Assembly: GCA_965116475.1 (NCBI GenBank)
Contig: OZ220691.1
Coordinates: 640,001 to 704,000 of the forward strand
Source of the DNA: Gemmatimonadota bacterium
GTDB lineage: Bacteria > Gemmatimonadota > Gemmatimonadetes > Palauibacterales > Palauibacteraceae
Direction: 5' to 3'
Length of the DNA: 64,000 nt
This document shows, in pieces, positions 18,980 to 30,424 of this stretch. The notes beneath the pieces are model-generated. The model was not told where the DNA came from, made no database searches, and worked only from the letters and a program-made list of their open reading frames with translations. The position numbers and the translations under genes were made by a program. The number at the start of each line of letters is the position of its first letter. The first letter of the stretch is position 1.

Positions 18980-19810
18980 ATGACGGTGGGGATGGAGGCA
19001 GGGATGAAGGTCGGGATGAAGGTCGGAATCGTGCGGTTCCCGGGCTCGAACTGCGATGCGGACGTGTACCGGGCCGTGACGGAGGGGCTGGGGGAGCGCG
19101 CCACCTACCTGTGGCACAAGTCGACGGACCTCGAGGGCGTGGACGTCGTCGTGCTGCCGGGCGGGTTCTCGTACGGAGACTACCTGCGGGCGGGGGCGAT
19201 CGCCCGCTTCAGCCCGATCATGGGCGAGGTGATCGACTTTGCGCGCGCCGGAGGGCTCACGCTCGGGATCTGCAACGGATTCCAGGTGCTGTGCGAGGCG
19301 CACCTCCTGCCGGGGGCCCTCGTCCGCAACCGGAACCTCCGCTTCCGCTGCCACGATGTGGGGCTCCGGGTGGAGAACGCCGGGACGCCGTTCACGTCGG
19401 CCTATGCCGAGGGCGACCTGATCCACATCCCGATCGCGCACGGCGAAGGCCAGTTCGTCGCGGAGGCTTCGACGCTCGATGAGCTCGAGGCGGAGGACCG
19501 GGTCGTGTTCCGCTACGTCGACCGGCGCGGGCGGGCGACGGACGCCGCCAACCCCAACGGCTCGGCGCGCAACATCGCCGGGATCGTGAACGCGGAGGGG
19601 AACATCCTGGGGCTCATGCCGCACCCGGAGCGCCACTCGCTCTCGGTCCTCGGCAGCACGGACGGGATCGGCGTGTTCCGATCGCTGCTCGCGGCGGTCT
19701 CCGGCGGGAGGGGACGCCAACGCGATCAACGCGACCCACGCGACGCTGCGCCGCCGGAAGCCCCGGAGTTCGCGGCCGGAGCGGTGGCGGGGGCGGGGGT
19801 GTCGTCATGA
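18980..19810 (+). CDS. purQ: FGAM synthase glutaminase subunit
   Basis: [32 protein letters not shown]; true start may be one of the downstream repeated ATGs. Confidence 0.96.
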   Translation: MTVGMEAGMKVGMKVGIVRFPGSNCDADVYRAVTEGLGERATYLWHKSTDLEGVDVVVLPGGFSYGDYLRAGAIARFSPIMGEVIDFARAGGLTLGICNGFQVLCEAHLLPGALVRNRNLRFRCHDVGLRVENAGTPFTSAYAEGDLIHIPIAHGEGQFVAEASTLDELEAEDRVVFRYVDRRGRATDAANPNGSARNIAGIVNAEGNILGLMPHPERHSLSVLGSTDGIGVFRSLLAAVSGGRGRQRDQRDPRDAAPPEAPEFAAGAVAGAGVSS

Positions 19811-22113
19811 CGCGGTCCGCGCTCGAACGCGTGGAGGCCCGGCCGGGCGATCCGGTGATGAGCGCCGCGCTCGTGGCGGAGCACGGGCTCAGTCCGGAGG
19901 AGTGGGAGAAGATCCTCGGCTTCATGGGGCGGGAACCCACCTTCACGGAACTCGGCGTGTTCAGCGCCATGTGGTCGGAGCACTGCGGGTACAAGAACTC
20001 CCGGCCCCTGTTGCGGACGCTGCCCACGGAGAGCGCCGCCGTCGTTCAGGGTCCGGGAGAGAACGCCGGGGTCATCGATGTCGGCGGCGGGTGGGGCGTC
20101 GCGTTCAAGATCGAGTCCCACAACCATCCCTCGGCCGTCGAACCCTACCAGGGCGCGGCGACGGGGTCGGGCGGGATCCTGCGCGACGTGTTCACGATGG
20201 GGGCGCGGCCGATCGCCATCTTCGACAGCCTCCACTTCGGATCGCTCGACTCGCCGCAGTCGCGCTACCTGTTCGACGGGGTGGTGCGCGGGGTCGGCGA
20301 CTACGGCAACTGCGTCGGGGTCCCCACGGTGGGGGGCGAGGCGATCTTCGACCCGGCCTACGAGCGGAACCCGCTCATCAACGTGATGTGCATCGGCGTC
20401 CTCCCCCTCGAGCGCCTCATTCGGGGCGAGGCGGAAGGCGTGGGCAATCCGGTGATGGCGGTCGGCGCCCGCACGGGCCGGGACGGCATCCACGGGGCGA
20501 CCTTCGCGTCGGAGGAACTCGACGAGGAGGCCGTCGACAGCCGGCCGCAGGTGCAGGTGGGCGATCCGTTCACCGAGAAGCTGCTGCTCGAGGCGAGCCT
20601 CGAACTCATCGAGCGGGACCTCCTCGTCGGGATCCAGGACATGGGGGCGGCGGGGCTGACCTCCAGCGGGACGGAGATGGCGGCGCGCTCGGGCTCCGGG
20701 ATCGACATCGACGTGGCGTACCTCCCGGTGCGGGAGGAGGGGATGACGCCCTACGAGATGCTCCTCTCCGAGTCTCAGGAGCGGATGCTCCTCGTCGCGA
20801 AGCCCGAACACGAGGGGGCGGTGCGCGAGGTGCTGGAGCGGTGGGACCTGCAAGCGGCGACGATCGGGCAGGTGACGGACGACGGGATGTTCCGCGTGCG
20901 CGAAGACGGCGTCGTGCGGGTCGAGATTCCGGTGAAGCCGCTGGTGGACGATTGTCCGACGTACGTGCGCGAGGGGGTCATGGGTCCGGCGGTGGCCGAG
21001 GCCCGGTCCGCGGACCTCGAGGCGTACCTCTCCTTCGAGTCGGACGGGGAGGTGGACGCGGCGCTGCGGACGCTGCTCGATGCCCCTTCCATCGCCTCGC
21101 GGCGCTGGATCTACGAGCAGTACGACACGACGGTGCAGACGAACACGCTCGAGGGGCCGGGCTCCGACGCGGCCGTGCTGCGGCTGCCCGCCGAGGGGCG
21201 CGCGCTCGCGGCCTCGACGGACGGGAACGGGCGGCACACCTGGCTCGACCCGCGCACGGGGGGCCGGGCGGCGGTCGCCGAGGCGGCGCGGAACGTGGCC
21301 TGCTCGGGGGCGCGCCCGCTCGCCGTGACGAACTGCCTCAACTTCGGCAGCCCGGAGCGGCCGGAGGTGTACTTCCAGCTCGCCGGGGCCGTCGAGGGGA
21401 TGGGGGAGGCGTGCCGCGCGCTCCACACGCCGGTGACGGGCGGCAACGTGTCGCTCTACAACGAGACGGGCGGCCAGCCGGTCTACCCCACGCCGGTCAT
21501 CGGCATGCTGGGCGTCATCGAGGATCTCGAACGGCGCGTCCCGTCGGCGTTCCGGCGCGAAGGCGACGAGATCTGGGTCGCGGGCGCGACCCGCGACGAG
21601 ATCGGCGGGTCCGAGTACCTCGCGGCGTGCCACGGCCGCGTCGCCGGCCTGCCGCCGGCCCTGGAACTGGAAGAGGCGGCGGCGCTGGTCGACTTTCTCG
21701 TCGAGGGAGCGGCGGACGGGGCGTTCGCGTCGGCGCACGATTGCGCTGACGGCGGGCTGGCGGTCGCGCTTGCGGAGTGCGCGGTGCGGGCGGAAGGCGG
21801 GCCGCTCGGCTGCACGGCCGATCTCGACGCGGCGCCCGCCGAGGCGGACGTGTCGGCCGCGGGGCGCTGGTTCGGCGAGTCGCACTCGCGCGTCGTGCTG
21901 ACGTGCCGGCCCGGCGGGGGCGAGCGGATCGCCGCGCGCGGGCGGCGTCACGGCGTGCCCGTGGCGCGTGTCGGCACCGTGGACGGGCCCGACAGCCCGT
22001 GCCGGCTGACCGGCGCCGGCCACGCGATCGCCCCGCCGGCCCCCGAACTCGCGCGGATCTACGAGGAGGCGATCCCGCGCCGCATGAGCGAGGAGGCGGG
22101 AATCACGTCATGA
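19807..22113 (+). CDS. purL: FGAM synthase subunit PurL (small type)
   Basis: [37 protein letters not shown] motifs. Confidence 0.97.
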   Translation: MTRSALERVEARPGDPVMSAALVAEHGLSPEEWEKILGFMGREPTFTELGVFSAMWSEHCGYKNSRPLLRTLPTESAAVVQGPGENAGVIDVGGGWGVAFKIESHNHPSAVEPYQGAATGSGGILRDVFTMGARPIAIFDSLHFGSLDSPQSRYLFDGVVRGVGDYGNCVGVPTVGGEAIFDPAYERNPLINVMCIGVLPLERLIRGEAEGVGNPVMAVGARTGRDGIHGATFASEELDEEAVDSRPQVQVGDPFTEKLLLEASLELIERDLLVGIQDMGAAGLTSSGTEMAARSGSGIDIDVAYLPVREEGMTPYEMLLSESQERMLLVAKPEHEGAVREVLERWDLQAATIGQVTDDGMFRVREDGVVRVEIPVKPLVDDCPTYVREGVMGPAVAEARSADLEAYLSFESDGEVDAALRTLLDAPSIASRRWIYEQYDTTVQTNTLEGPGSDAAVLRLPAEGRALAASTDGNGRHTWLDPRTGGRAAVAEAARNVACSGARPLAVTNCLNFGSPERPEVYFQLAGAVEGMGEACRALHTPVTGGNVSLYNETGGQPVYPTPVIGMLGVIEDLERRVPSAFRREGDEIWVAGATRDEIGGSEYLAACHGRVAGLPPALELEEAAALVDFLVEGAADGAFASAHDCADGGLAVALAECAVRAEGGPLGCTADLDAAPAEADVSAAGRWFGESHSRVVLTCRPGGGERIAARGRRHGVPVARVGTVDGPDSPCRLTGAGHAIAPPAPELARIYEEAIPRRMSEEAGITS

Positions 22114-23561
22114 AGAGACTCCCGACGAATGCCGCCCCGGACGCAGACGCAGGGCGCGGGGCGTCCGAGCTGGACAAGCCGCGGGAGGAGTGCGGCATCG
22201 TGGCGGTCAGCGGCTCGTCCGCCGCCGCCGAACTCGCGTTTCTCGCCATGTACGCGCTCCAGCACCGCGGACAGGAGTCCGCCGGGATCGTCACGGTCGA
22301 CGGGTCCGGCATGTCGAGGGCCCACAAGGGTATGGGCCTCGTGGCGGACATCTTCGACGACGACGTGCTCGGCGGCCTCGAGGGGTCGCTCTCCGTCGGG
22401 CACGTCCGCTATTCGACGGCGGGAGGATCGAGCCTCCGCAACGCGCAGCCGCTCCTCGTGCAGTACGAGGACAAGCCGCTCGCGCTCGCGCACAACGGCA
22501 ACCTCACGAACGCGAACCAGCTCAAGCGCTCGCTCGCCCGCGACGGCTCGATCTTCCAGACAGACGCGGACTCGGAGGTCATCGTCCACCTCATCGCCCG
22601 CTCCCGGCACCGCGACCTGGACGGCAAGATCGACGACGCCCTCTCGCAGCTCGTCGGCGCCTTCTCCCTCCTCCTCTGCATCGGCGACACGGTGTACGCG
22701 ACGCGCGATGCGCGCGGCTTCCGCCCCATGGTGATGGGCCGACTGGGCGAGGCCGTCGTCTTCGCCTCCGAAACGTGCGCGCTCGACATCATCGGCGCCG
22801 CCTACGTGCGCGACGTAAAGCCGGGCGAGGTGCTGAAGGTTCGCGACGGCCACGTGGAATCGCTCCGGCCGCTGCCCCCCGCCGAGCCCAGCGCCTGCCT
22901 GTTCGAACTCGTGTACTTCGCGCGGCCCGATTCGCGCGTGTGGGGGTGCAGCGTGGACGAGGCGCGGCGGGCGTTCGGCCGCCAACTCGCCCGCGAGCAC
23001 CCGGCGGAGGCCGACTGCGTGTTCGCGGTGCCGGACTCGTCGAACTCGGCGGCGCTCGGGTACTCCGAGGTCAGCGGCCTCCCGTTCGAACTCGCGCTCA
23101 TCCGCAACCACTACGTGGGCCGAACCTTCATCCACCCGACGCAGAGGGGACGCGACTTCAAGGTGCGGGTGAAGTACAACCCCGTGCGCGAACTCGTCGA
23201 CGGCAAGCGCATCGTCGTCGTGGACGACTCGCTCGTCCGCGGCACGACGAGCAGCGGCCTCGTCCGGCTCCTCCGGGACTCGGGGGCGCGGGAGGTGCAT
23301 TTCCGGGTCGCTTCCCCGCCGGTGCGCTCCCCCTGCTACTACGGCATCGACATGCCGACGAAGGAGGAACTCATCGGCTCCAGCCACACGGTCGATGAGA
23401 TCCGGCAACACCTGGGGGTCGAATCGCTCGGCTATCTCAGCATGGAAGGCATGCGCGACGCCGTCGCGGATCACGGTCCCTTCTGCGACGCCTGCTGGAC
23501 CGGCAACTACGCGGCGCCGCTCGTGGACATGGAGCGGTCGCGGGCGTTGCAGACGGTCTGA
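22110..23561 (+). CDS. purF: Amidophosphoribosyltransferase
   Basis: Propeptide then [33 protein letters not shown], Fe-S Cys (CDAC); ATGA overlap with purL. Confidence 0.97.
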   Translation: MKRLPTNAAPDADAGRGASELDKPREECGIVAVSGSSAAAELAFLAMYALQHRGQESAGIVTVDGSGMSRAHKGMGLVADIFDDDVLGGLEGSLSVGHVRYSTAGGSSLRNAQPLLVQYEDKPLALAHNGNLTNANQLKRSLARDGSIFQTDADSEVIVHLIARSRHRDLDGKIDDALSQLVGAFSLLLCIGDTVYATRDARGFRPMVMGRLGEAVVFASETCALDIIGAAYVRDVKPGEVLKVRDGHVESLRPLPPAEPSACLFELVYFARPDSRVWGCSVDEARRAFGRQLAREHPAEADCVFAVPDSSNSAALGYSEVSGLPFELALIRNHYVGRTFIHPTQRGRDFKVRVKYNPVRELVDGKRIVVVDDSLVRGTTSSGLVRLLRDSGAREVHFRVASPPVRSPCYYGIDMPTKEELIGSSHTVDEIRQHLGVESLGYLSMEGMRDAVADHGPFCDACWTGNYAAPLVDMERSRALQTV

Positions 23562-25141
23562 TGCCGCGCGGTCTCGCCACCCATTTCAAGCCTGCCGTCG
23601 CCGCCCTCGCCTGCGCCGGCATCGCGGCCTTCCCGGCCTGCGCCCCCGCGGACCCGGCGGCCTGCGCGCTGATCTTCTCCACGAACGACTCGCACGGACG
23701 GCTGTTGCCGGCGGAGCAGAACTGGTCGGAGGGGCGCCCGGTCGGCGGGGCCGCCGCGCTCGCCGCCTACGTGACGCGGGAGCGCTCCGCGACGCCCGAG
23801 TGTCCCCTCTTCGTCGCCTCCGGCGGCGACATCATGCAGGGCACGCCGATCTCGAACTTCACGGACGGGCGCTCGATGATCGAGGCCATGAACGGGATCG
23901 GCTACGACGCCGCCGCGATCGGGAACCACGAATTCGACTGGGGGGTCGACGTCCTCGTGGAGCGCATCGCCGACGCGGATTTCGCCATGCTCGGCGCGAA
24001 CATCTACCTCAAGGGCACCGACCGGCACCCCGACTGGGTCCAACCCTGGACGATCGTCGAGCGGGACGGCGTCCGGGTCGGCTTCATCGGCGCGACGACG
24101 CGGTCCACGCCCGTCGTCGCCCGGCCCTCGCTCGTGGCGGACTTCGACTTCCGGTCGATCTCGGAGGCGCTCGACCGCTACATCCCGGAGGTGCGGGAGG
24201 CCGGCGCGGACTTCGTGGTCGCGGTCATGCACGAAGGCGCCTTCTGCGAAGTCGGCGCGGAGGATGCGGCGGACGGCGGGTGCCGGGGCGCGGCCCTGGA
24301 AGCGCTCGCCGCGACGACGGAGAGCTTCGACTACGCGGTCACCGGGCATACGCACTCGCGCGTGGAGACCGAGATTCGGGGCGTGCCCGTCGTCCAGTCG
24401 TACTCGAACACGATGGCGTACGGCCTCGGGCGCATCGACCGGAGCGCGGAGGGGGCCGTGAGCGCGGAGCGCCTCGGCGTTCGGCAGGCGTGGGCGGACG
24501 AGATCGCGCCCGACCCGGACGTCGAGCGGCTCGTCGCCTCCTACAGCGCCGAGATCGCGGCCATCGTCGACCGCATCATCGTGGACCTCCCGGAGGCGCT
24601 TTCCGCCCCGCGGGACGGGGACTTCCCCCTCGGCCGCATCGTGGCCGACGCGCAGCGCCACGCGAGCGGGGCCGATGTCGCGCTCATGAACAACGGCGGC
24701 ATCCGGCGGTCGCTGCCGGCAGGCCCGGTCACCTTCGAAGATCTCTTCGAGCTGCAGCCGTTCAACAACATGCTCGTCCGCCACACGATGACCGGCGCGC
24801 AACTGTTGCGGACGCTCGAGCACTCGGCCCGCGACGGAGACGTAGACCTGCACGCGAGCGGCATCGTCGTCCGCTACGATCCGGCGGCGCCCCTGGGCGA
24901 GCGGATTCTCGACGTGACGTTCGACGACGGATCGCCGCTCCGGCCCGAAGGCCGCTACGTCGTCACCGCCAACGACTTCATCGCGACCGGGGGCGGCGGC
25001 TACACGACGTTCGCCGAAGCCGAGCTCATCGACGCGATGGAAGTCGCGGATCTGGAGGCGCTCGTCGCCTACCTGGAGGCACAGCCGCGGCCCCTTCCCA
25101 TCCCCCGCGCCCCCCGCTGGATCGAATCTCCCACGCCCTGA
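23561..25141 (+). CDS. 5'-nucleotidase / 2',3'-cyclic phosphodiesterase (UshA-like), exported
   Basis: TNDSHG, GGD, GNHEFD, GHTH, NNGGIR, PFNN motifs. Confidence 0.92.
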   Translation: MPRGLATHFKPAVAALACAGIAAFPACAPADPAACALIFSTNDSHGRLLPAEQNWSEGRPVGGAAALAAYVTRERSATPECPLFVASGGDIMQGTPISNFTDGRSMIEAMNGIGYDAAAIGNHEFDWGVDVLVERIADADFAMLGANIYLKGTDRHPDWVQPWTIVERDGVRVGFIGATTRSTPVVARPSLVADFDFRSISEALDRYIPEVREAGADFVVAVMHEGAFCEVGAEDAADGGCRGAALEALAATTESFDYAVTGHTHSRVETEIRGVPVVQSYSNTMAYGLGRIDRSAEGAVSAERLGVRQAWADEIAPDPDVERLVASYSAEIAAIVDRIIVDLPEALSAPRDGDFPLGRIVADAQRHASGADVALMNNGGIRRSLPAGPVTFEDLFELQPFNNMLVRHTMTGAQLLRTLEHSARDGDVDLHASGIVVRYDPAAPLGERILDVTFDDGSPLRPEGRYVVTANDFIATGGGGYTTFAEAELIDAMEVADLEALVAYLEAQPRPLPIPRAPRWIESPTP

Positions 25142-25204
25142 GCCCGTAGCCACCGCTGATCCGGTCCGGCGGGGCGTCGTCGGACGAAACCAAACGCCGG
25201 TCGC

Positions 25205-26308
25205 TTGTGGGGGACGATCTCGATCGTCCTCCTGCTCGCCTTCGGACAGGGGCTCCGTAACCAGTTCTCCGTGGGGCTGCTCAACGCCGGCGAGCGCATC
25301 TTCATGGTCTACGGCGGCCAGACGAGCATGGAACACGAGGGGCTGTCGAAGGGACGGCGGATCCGGCTGCGGGAGGAAGATCTCGACCTGCTGCTGCGCG
25401 CGGTGCCGGAGTTCGAGATGGGCAGTCCCTCGTACGGCCGCGGCCGGACGCACCTGAAGGTGGAGGAGAACCAGACGACGACCTACATGGAGGGCGTGAA
25501 CCCGGTCTTCTCCGAGTTGCGGCGCATGTTCCCCGCGCCGGGCGGCCGGTTCATCAACCAGCGCGACATCGACGAAAAGCGCCGCGTGCTCTTCCTCGGA
25601 GACGGGATCGCGGGACGGCTGTTCGGCGACGCGCCGCCGGTGGGGCGGACGGTGACGCTGGACGGGCTCCCGTTCCGCGTCATCGGCGTGATGGAGTCGA
25701 AGTTCCAGGACTCGAGCAACAACGGGCCGGACGAGGACCGGGCCGTGATCCCGGCCTCCACGTTCCGGAGCATCTACGGCCAGGAGTTCGTGAACCACCT
25801 GCTCCTGCGGCCCCGCGACGTGAAGGACGCGGCGGTCGCGAAGCAGGAGTTGTACCGGGTGCTGGGCGGGCGGTACCGGTTCGCGGCGGCGGACGAGCGG
25901 GCGCTGGCGATCTGGGACTTCATCGAGGACGAGAAGATCGTGGGCCAGATCGGGCTCGGGATTCAGATCTTCCTCGGACTCGTGGGCGCCTTCACGCTGA
26001 TCGTGGCCGGCGTCGGGGTCGCGAACATCATGTACGTCGTGGTGCGAGAGCGGACGCGGGAGATCGGCGTCAAGCTCGCCGTCGGCGGGGGGCTCGCGGG
26101 GCTCGCCATCGCGGCGCTCCTCGTGACGGGCATCGATGCCCTCCCGATCGACGACCCCGCGCTGCAGTACATCGTGAACCCGAAGCTCTCCGTCCCCATC
26201 GCCGCCGTGTGCGCGGGGATCCTCATGGCGATCGGCCTGGTGGCCGGCATCCTGCCGGCCCGCAAGGCCGCCCGGCTCGATCCGGTGGAGTCGCTGAGGT
26301 ACGAATAG
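25205..26308 (+). pseudogene. MacB/FtsX-like ABC permease remnant (N-terminal truncation plus internal in-frame deletion)
   Basis: Begins mid-TM1 (WGTISIVLLLAFG) after an in-frame TGA at 25157; ERTREIGVKLAVG is fused directly to GGLAGL, lacking the usual intervening ..QFL.E segment; ends PARKAARLDPVESLRYE; no ATPase nearby. Confidence 0.65.
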
Positions 26309-26447
26309 CCACCCGTTTTTCCGTTCGCGAACCGTTACGCAAAACGCCCGTCACGGTTACATTTGTTGGCGACTCTTCGGAGGGTCGCAGGAGTACGTTT
26401 CGATAACGATGTGTCATGCGAAGCACCCATAAATCGGAGGATAGCCG

Positions 26448-29267
26448 ATGTCACGCGGAATTCGTCTGAAGGCGCTCTGCGCCGCGCTCTTCATCCTCTC
26501 CGCCACCCATCTGGCCGCACAGGAGAGTGCGACCGTTACGGGCCGGGTGACCGATGACCTGGGGGCCGGCGTCGCCGGTGCCGCGGTGGTGGTTACGCAC
26601 GATTTGACCGGGGTCCAGGCGGGCGCGCTGTCCGGGAGCGACGGCGCGTACCAGGTGGAGGGCGTTCGTCCCGGCGGGCCGTACACCGTCTCGGTGACCC
26701 TGATCGGATACGGACGCGAATCCGAGACCGAAGTCTCGCTGGAGGCCGGCCAGTCGCTGGCGCTGAACTTCAGCCTGAGCCAGGAGGCGATCGCCCTCGA
26801 TGCCCTCGAGGTCTTCGCCACCCGGGCACAGGACCGGCAGACGCCGGTGGCGTTCACCAACGTGAGCAAGACGCAGATCCAGAACCAGCTGGGCTCGAGG
26901 GATCTTCCGCTGGTGCTGAACGTGACGCCGAGCGTCTACGCGACCCAGCAGGGGGGCGGCGCCGGCGACGCGCGCATCAACGTGCGCGGCTTCAACCAGC
27001 GCAACACCGCCGTGATGATCAACGGCGTGCCCGTCAACGACATGGAGAACGGGTGGGTCTACTGGTCCAACTGGGACGGCCTGGGCGATGCCGCAACCAG
27101 CATCCAGCTCCAGCGCGGCCTTTCGGCGGTCAACCTGGCCACGCCGTCGATCGGTGGCACGATCAACGTCATCACGGATCCCGCGGCCGAGGGTGCGGGT
27201 CTCACGTACAAGCAGGAGTTCGGGCTCGGCAGCCTGAACGAGGACGGCGGCTGGGGGCTCGGCGGCAACATGCTGAAGGAGACCGTGGTCGTGAACACGG
27301 GTCCCATGGGAGCGTTCGCCGCCACGGGTTCCGTCGTGCGCAAGACCGGCGGCGGCATGTACAGGGGCTTCGTGGGCGGCGACGCCACGTGGACCGACGC
27401 CTGGGCCTACTACCTGGCCACGTCGTTCCAGGTGAACGCCAACAACCGGCTCGAGGCCTACGCGGTCGGCGCGCCGCAGCGACACGGCCAGAACATCTAC
27501 AAGCTCAACCTGGCCAGCCTCGACGCGGACTACGCGCGCTCGCTCGACGGATTCGACGCCGGGGCGTTCGAAAAGTTCCCCGAGGTGGGCAGGGGCCGGA
27601 GCCCGAACGTGGCCCCGGTGAGCAGCAGCTATGGCGGAACCCAGTACAACAGCACGGGCCCGGACTCGGGACGGAGAGACCGCTTCGCCGAGGGCTTCAT
27701 CAACGAGCGCGAGAACTACTTCCACAAGCCGCAGGTCAACCTGAACTGGTACTCCTACTTCGGGGATGGACTGAGCCTGACCACCGTGGGGTATTTCTCC
27801 GGCGGCGCCGGAGGAGGTACGGGCACCCTCGGATCGCTGCGATGGAACTTCGATTACGGCCAGCGCATCCCGGATTGGGATGCCACCATCGCGAGGAATC
27901 GGGATGAAGCCGACGGATCCCGGGGGATCCTTCGCAACTCGGTGAACAACCAGTCGACCTGGGGCGCCATCTCCAAGCTGCGGAAGACCTTCGATGGGGG
28001 CCTGACCACCGAGGTCGGCGTCGACTGGCGCACGGCCAACATCGCGCACTACCGGGAGGTGCGCGACCTGCTGGGCGGCACCCATTACGAGTGTTCCAGC
28101 AGAAACCGATGCACCCCCTCCGACTTCTGGACGGAGGCCGAGCACAACCGCAACCTCGGCGACAAGATCCACTATCACAACGAGAACACGGTGAACTGGC
28201 TGGGCGCCTACGCACAGGCCGAGAAGACCTCCCGCGGGGGGTCACTCTACGGCATGCTCGGATGGGCCCAGAACTCCTACACCTTCGTGGACTTCTTCAA
28301 GTCCGACCCCACCGGATCGGGCCGCTACCTCGAACTCGAGAGCGGTAACCTCTCCGGCTACCAGATCAAGGGTGGCGCGGTTCGCAATCTCAGCGACGAG
28401 TGGTCCGTGTTCGGGAACGCGGGCATCGTTTCCAAGGTGCCCATCTTCGACGGCGTGATCGACGACAACAACGGCACGCTGCACGACGATCCTCAGAACG
28501 AGGATTTCCTCTCGTTCGAAGTGGGAACACAGTTTCGTTCCGCCACCCGGGCGGTCTCGCTGAACGTGAACCTCTACCACACCACCTGGAGGAATCGGAC
28601 GGAGAGGGGCTTCGTCCGCGACCTCGGCGGCGTCGAGGGCGTGGATGGGCTGGTCACCCTGCTGGGAGTGGACGCGCGGCACATGGGCATGGAAGCCGAG
28701 GCGGCCTGGCAGCCGAGCAACTTCCTGCGCTTCGATGGCGCGCTCTCGGTCGGCAACTGGACGTATCTGGAGGACGCGACCGGTTTCTACCGCGCCGACG
28801 ACCGAACCACCGAGTCGGTGTTCGTCGACTTCTACATCGAAGGTCTCAAGGTGGCCGATGCGCCTCAGCGGCAGCTGGCCCTCAGCGCGTCGGTCTATCC
28901 GTCGGACGGGGCCCACGTGTCGCTCGTGGGCAAGTTCTTCGGCAACCACTACGCGGCGTTCGATCACCTGAACCGCAGCAATCCGGGCGAGCGGGGCATC
29001 CAGTCCTGGCAGCCCCCGGGTTATTCGGTCCTCGACCTGCACCTCTCGTATGCGCTGGGCGACATCATCCCGGTGGCCGGCGGGGCTGGCGTGCGCATCT
29101 TCGCCAACGTGTACAACCTCCTGGACGCGACCTACATCCAGGACGCCACCGACGCGTCCCGGTTCAACAGCTACTTCGAGGACGGCGACGTTCACGATGC
29201 GGACTCCGCCGAAGTGTTCCTCGGCTATCCGCGCAACCTGAACGTGGGGTTCCAGGTCACCTTCTAG
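26448..29267 (+). CDS. TonB-dependent receptor with N-terminal carboxypeptidase-regulatory-like domain
   Basis: Signal peptide, VTGRVTD, RINVRGF..MINGVPVND plug, NLLD, C-terminal F; GGAGG RBS. Confidence 0.93.
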   Translation: MSRGIRLKALCAALFILSATHLAAQESATVTGRVTDDLGAGVAGAAVVVTHDLTGVQAGALSGSDGAYQVEGVRPGGPYTVSVTLIGYGRESETEVSLEAGQSLALNFSLSQEAIALDALEVFATRAQDRQTPVAFTNVSKTQIQNQLGSRDLPLVLNVTPSVYATQQGGGAGDARINVRGFNQRNTAVMINGVPVNDMENGWVYWSNWDGLGDAATSIQLQRGLSAVNLATPSIGGTINVITDPAAEGAGLTYKQEFGLGSLNEDGGWGLGGNMLKETVVVNTGPMGAFAATGSVVRKTGGGMYRGFVGGDATWTDAWAYYLATSFQVNANNRLEAYAVGAPQRHGQNIYKLNLASLDADYARSLDGFDAGAFEKFPEVGRGRSPNVAPVSSSYGGTQYNSTGPDSGRRDRFAEGFINERENYFHKPQVNLNWYSYFGDGLSLTTVGYFSGGAGGGTGTLGSLRWNFDYGQRIPDWDATIARNRDEADGSRGILRNSVNNQSTWGAISKLRKTFDGGLTTEVGVDWRTANIAHYREVRDLLGGTHYECSSRNRCTPSDFWTEAEHNRNLGDKIHYHNENTVNWLGAYAQAEKTSRGGSLYGMLGWAQNSYTFVDFFKSDPTGSGRYLELESGNLSGYQIKGGAVRNLSDEWSVFGNAGIVSKVPIFDGVIDDNNGTLHDDPQNEDFLSFEVGTQFRSATRAVSLNVNLYHTTWRNRTERGFVRDLGGVEGVDGLVTLLGVDARHMGMEAEAAWQPSNFLRFDGALSVGNWTYLEDATGFYRADDRTTESVFVDFYIEGLKVADAPQRQLALSASVYPSDGAHVSLVGKFFGNHYAAFDHLNRSNPGERGIQSWQPPGYSVLDLHLSYALGDIIPVAGGAGVRIFANVYNLLDATYIQDATDASRFNSYFEDGDVHDADSAEVFLGYPRNLNVGFQVTF

Positions 29268-29315
29268 CGGAGGCGATCCGGAACTTCAACGCAGGAAGCA
29301 AACGCAGGAAGCAAT

Positions 29316-29349
29316 ATCGGCCCCGTCGGCAGCTGCCGGCGGGGCCGAT
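29316..29349. terminator. Long GC hairpin between convergent TBDR and fbp
   Basis: ATCGGCCCCGTCGGCAG/CTGCCGGCGGGGCCGAT near-perfect palindrome; preceded by 13-bp tandem AACGCAGGAAGCA x2 (29288-29313). Confidence 0.65.
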
Positions 29350-29360
29350 CCCCATCGGGG

Positions 29361-30362
29361 TCAGTCCTCGGCCAGGTAGCGGCCCGCCAGCTCCACGAGG
29401 TCGGGGGTGCCGAGGAAGGTCGGCACGCGGTGGTGCAGCCCCTCGGGCTCGATGTCGAGGATGCGCCGCCGACCATCGGTGGCCCGGCCGCCCGCCTGCT
29501 CGCAGAGCATGGCCATGGGGGCCACCTCGTACAGCAGGCGCAGTTTCCCCTCCGGTTTCGCGACGGTCCCCGGGTACATGAAGATCCCCCCGCGGAGGAG
29601 CGTGCGGTGGAAGTCCGCGACCATGGACCCGACGTAGCGCGCGGAGAACGACGGCGCCTCGGGGGGAGGCTGCCGGAGCCGCTCAACGAGCCGCTGCTGA
29701 CCCGGCGTCCACTTGTCGAAGTAGGCCTCGTTGATGCTGTAGATGTTCTTGCCGGGCGAGGGGATGCGCAGGTTCCGGTACGAGAGGAGGAACTCCCCGA
29801 TCCCCGGGTCGAGCGTGAAGCCGTGGACGCCCGCCCCGGTCGTGAAGACGAGCATGGTGGAGGAGCCGTACAGGACGTATCCGGCCGCGACCTGCTCGGA
29901 TCCCGGCTGCAGCAGGTCGCGCCGCCGCACCTTGCGTCCGTCGCTCCGCTTGCGGTAGACGGAGAAGATGGTCCCCACGGAGATGTTCACGTCGATGTTC
30001 GAACTCCCGTCGAGCGGGTCGAACGCGATGATGTACGGGCCGGGGTCGCGCGACTCGGGAACGTGAACGAACCCCTCCTCTTCCTCGGACACCATGCCGC
30101 TCAGGCTGCCGCAGCGCCTCAGCAGGTTCAGGAGGACATCGTTCGCGTATTCGTCGAGCTTCTGCACTTCCTCGTCGTGCACGTTCGTGCTTCCGATGGC
30201 GCCGAGAATGTCGATGAGGCCGGCGCGATTCACCGCGGCGGAGATGACCTTCGCGGCGAGGCTGATCTGGAGCAGGATGTCGGTGAGGGCGCCCGTGGCC
30301 TTGGGGTATTCGCGCTCCTGCTCGGCGATGAAGTGCTCTACGGTGACGATGGATCCGGTCAA
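29361..30362 (-). CDS. fbp: Fructose-1,6-bisphosphatase class I
   Basis: VQKLD, SEE, FDPLDGSSNIDVN, RYVGSMVAD, GKLRLLYE motifs. Confidence 0.96.
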   Translation of the reverse strand: MTGSIVTVEHFIAEQEREYPKATGALTDILLQISLAAKVISAAVNRAGLIDILGAIGSTNVHDEEVQKLDEYANDVLLNLLRRCGSLSGMVSEEEEGFVHVPESRDPGPYIIAFDPLDGSSNIDVNISVGTIFSVYRKRSDGRKVRRRDLLQPGSEQVAAGYVLYGSSTMLVFTTGAGVHGFTLDPGIGEFLLSYRNLRIPSPGKNIYSINEAYFDKWTPGQQRLVERLRQPPPEAPSFSARYVGSMVADFHRTLLRGGIFMYPGTVAKPEGKLRLLYEVAPMAMLCEQAGGRATDGRRRILDIEPEGLHHRVPTFLGTPDLVELAGRYLAED

Positions 30363-30424
30363 GATGGCTCCGCGGAAGTCGGGGGTGGGTGGGCTGAGAG
30401 GTTACCGGGGGGCGGTTTTTCGCG

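Noticed and set aside
25150..25215. Hammerhead-ribozyme-like CUGA...stem...GGACGAAAC...GUC
   Set aside because: An 8-bp stem II and GAAA are present, but the core reads CUGAUCCG rather than CUGANGA and stem I does not pair at the cleavage site.
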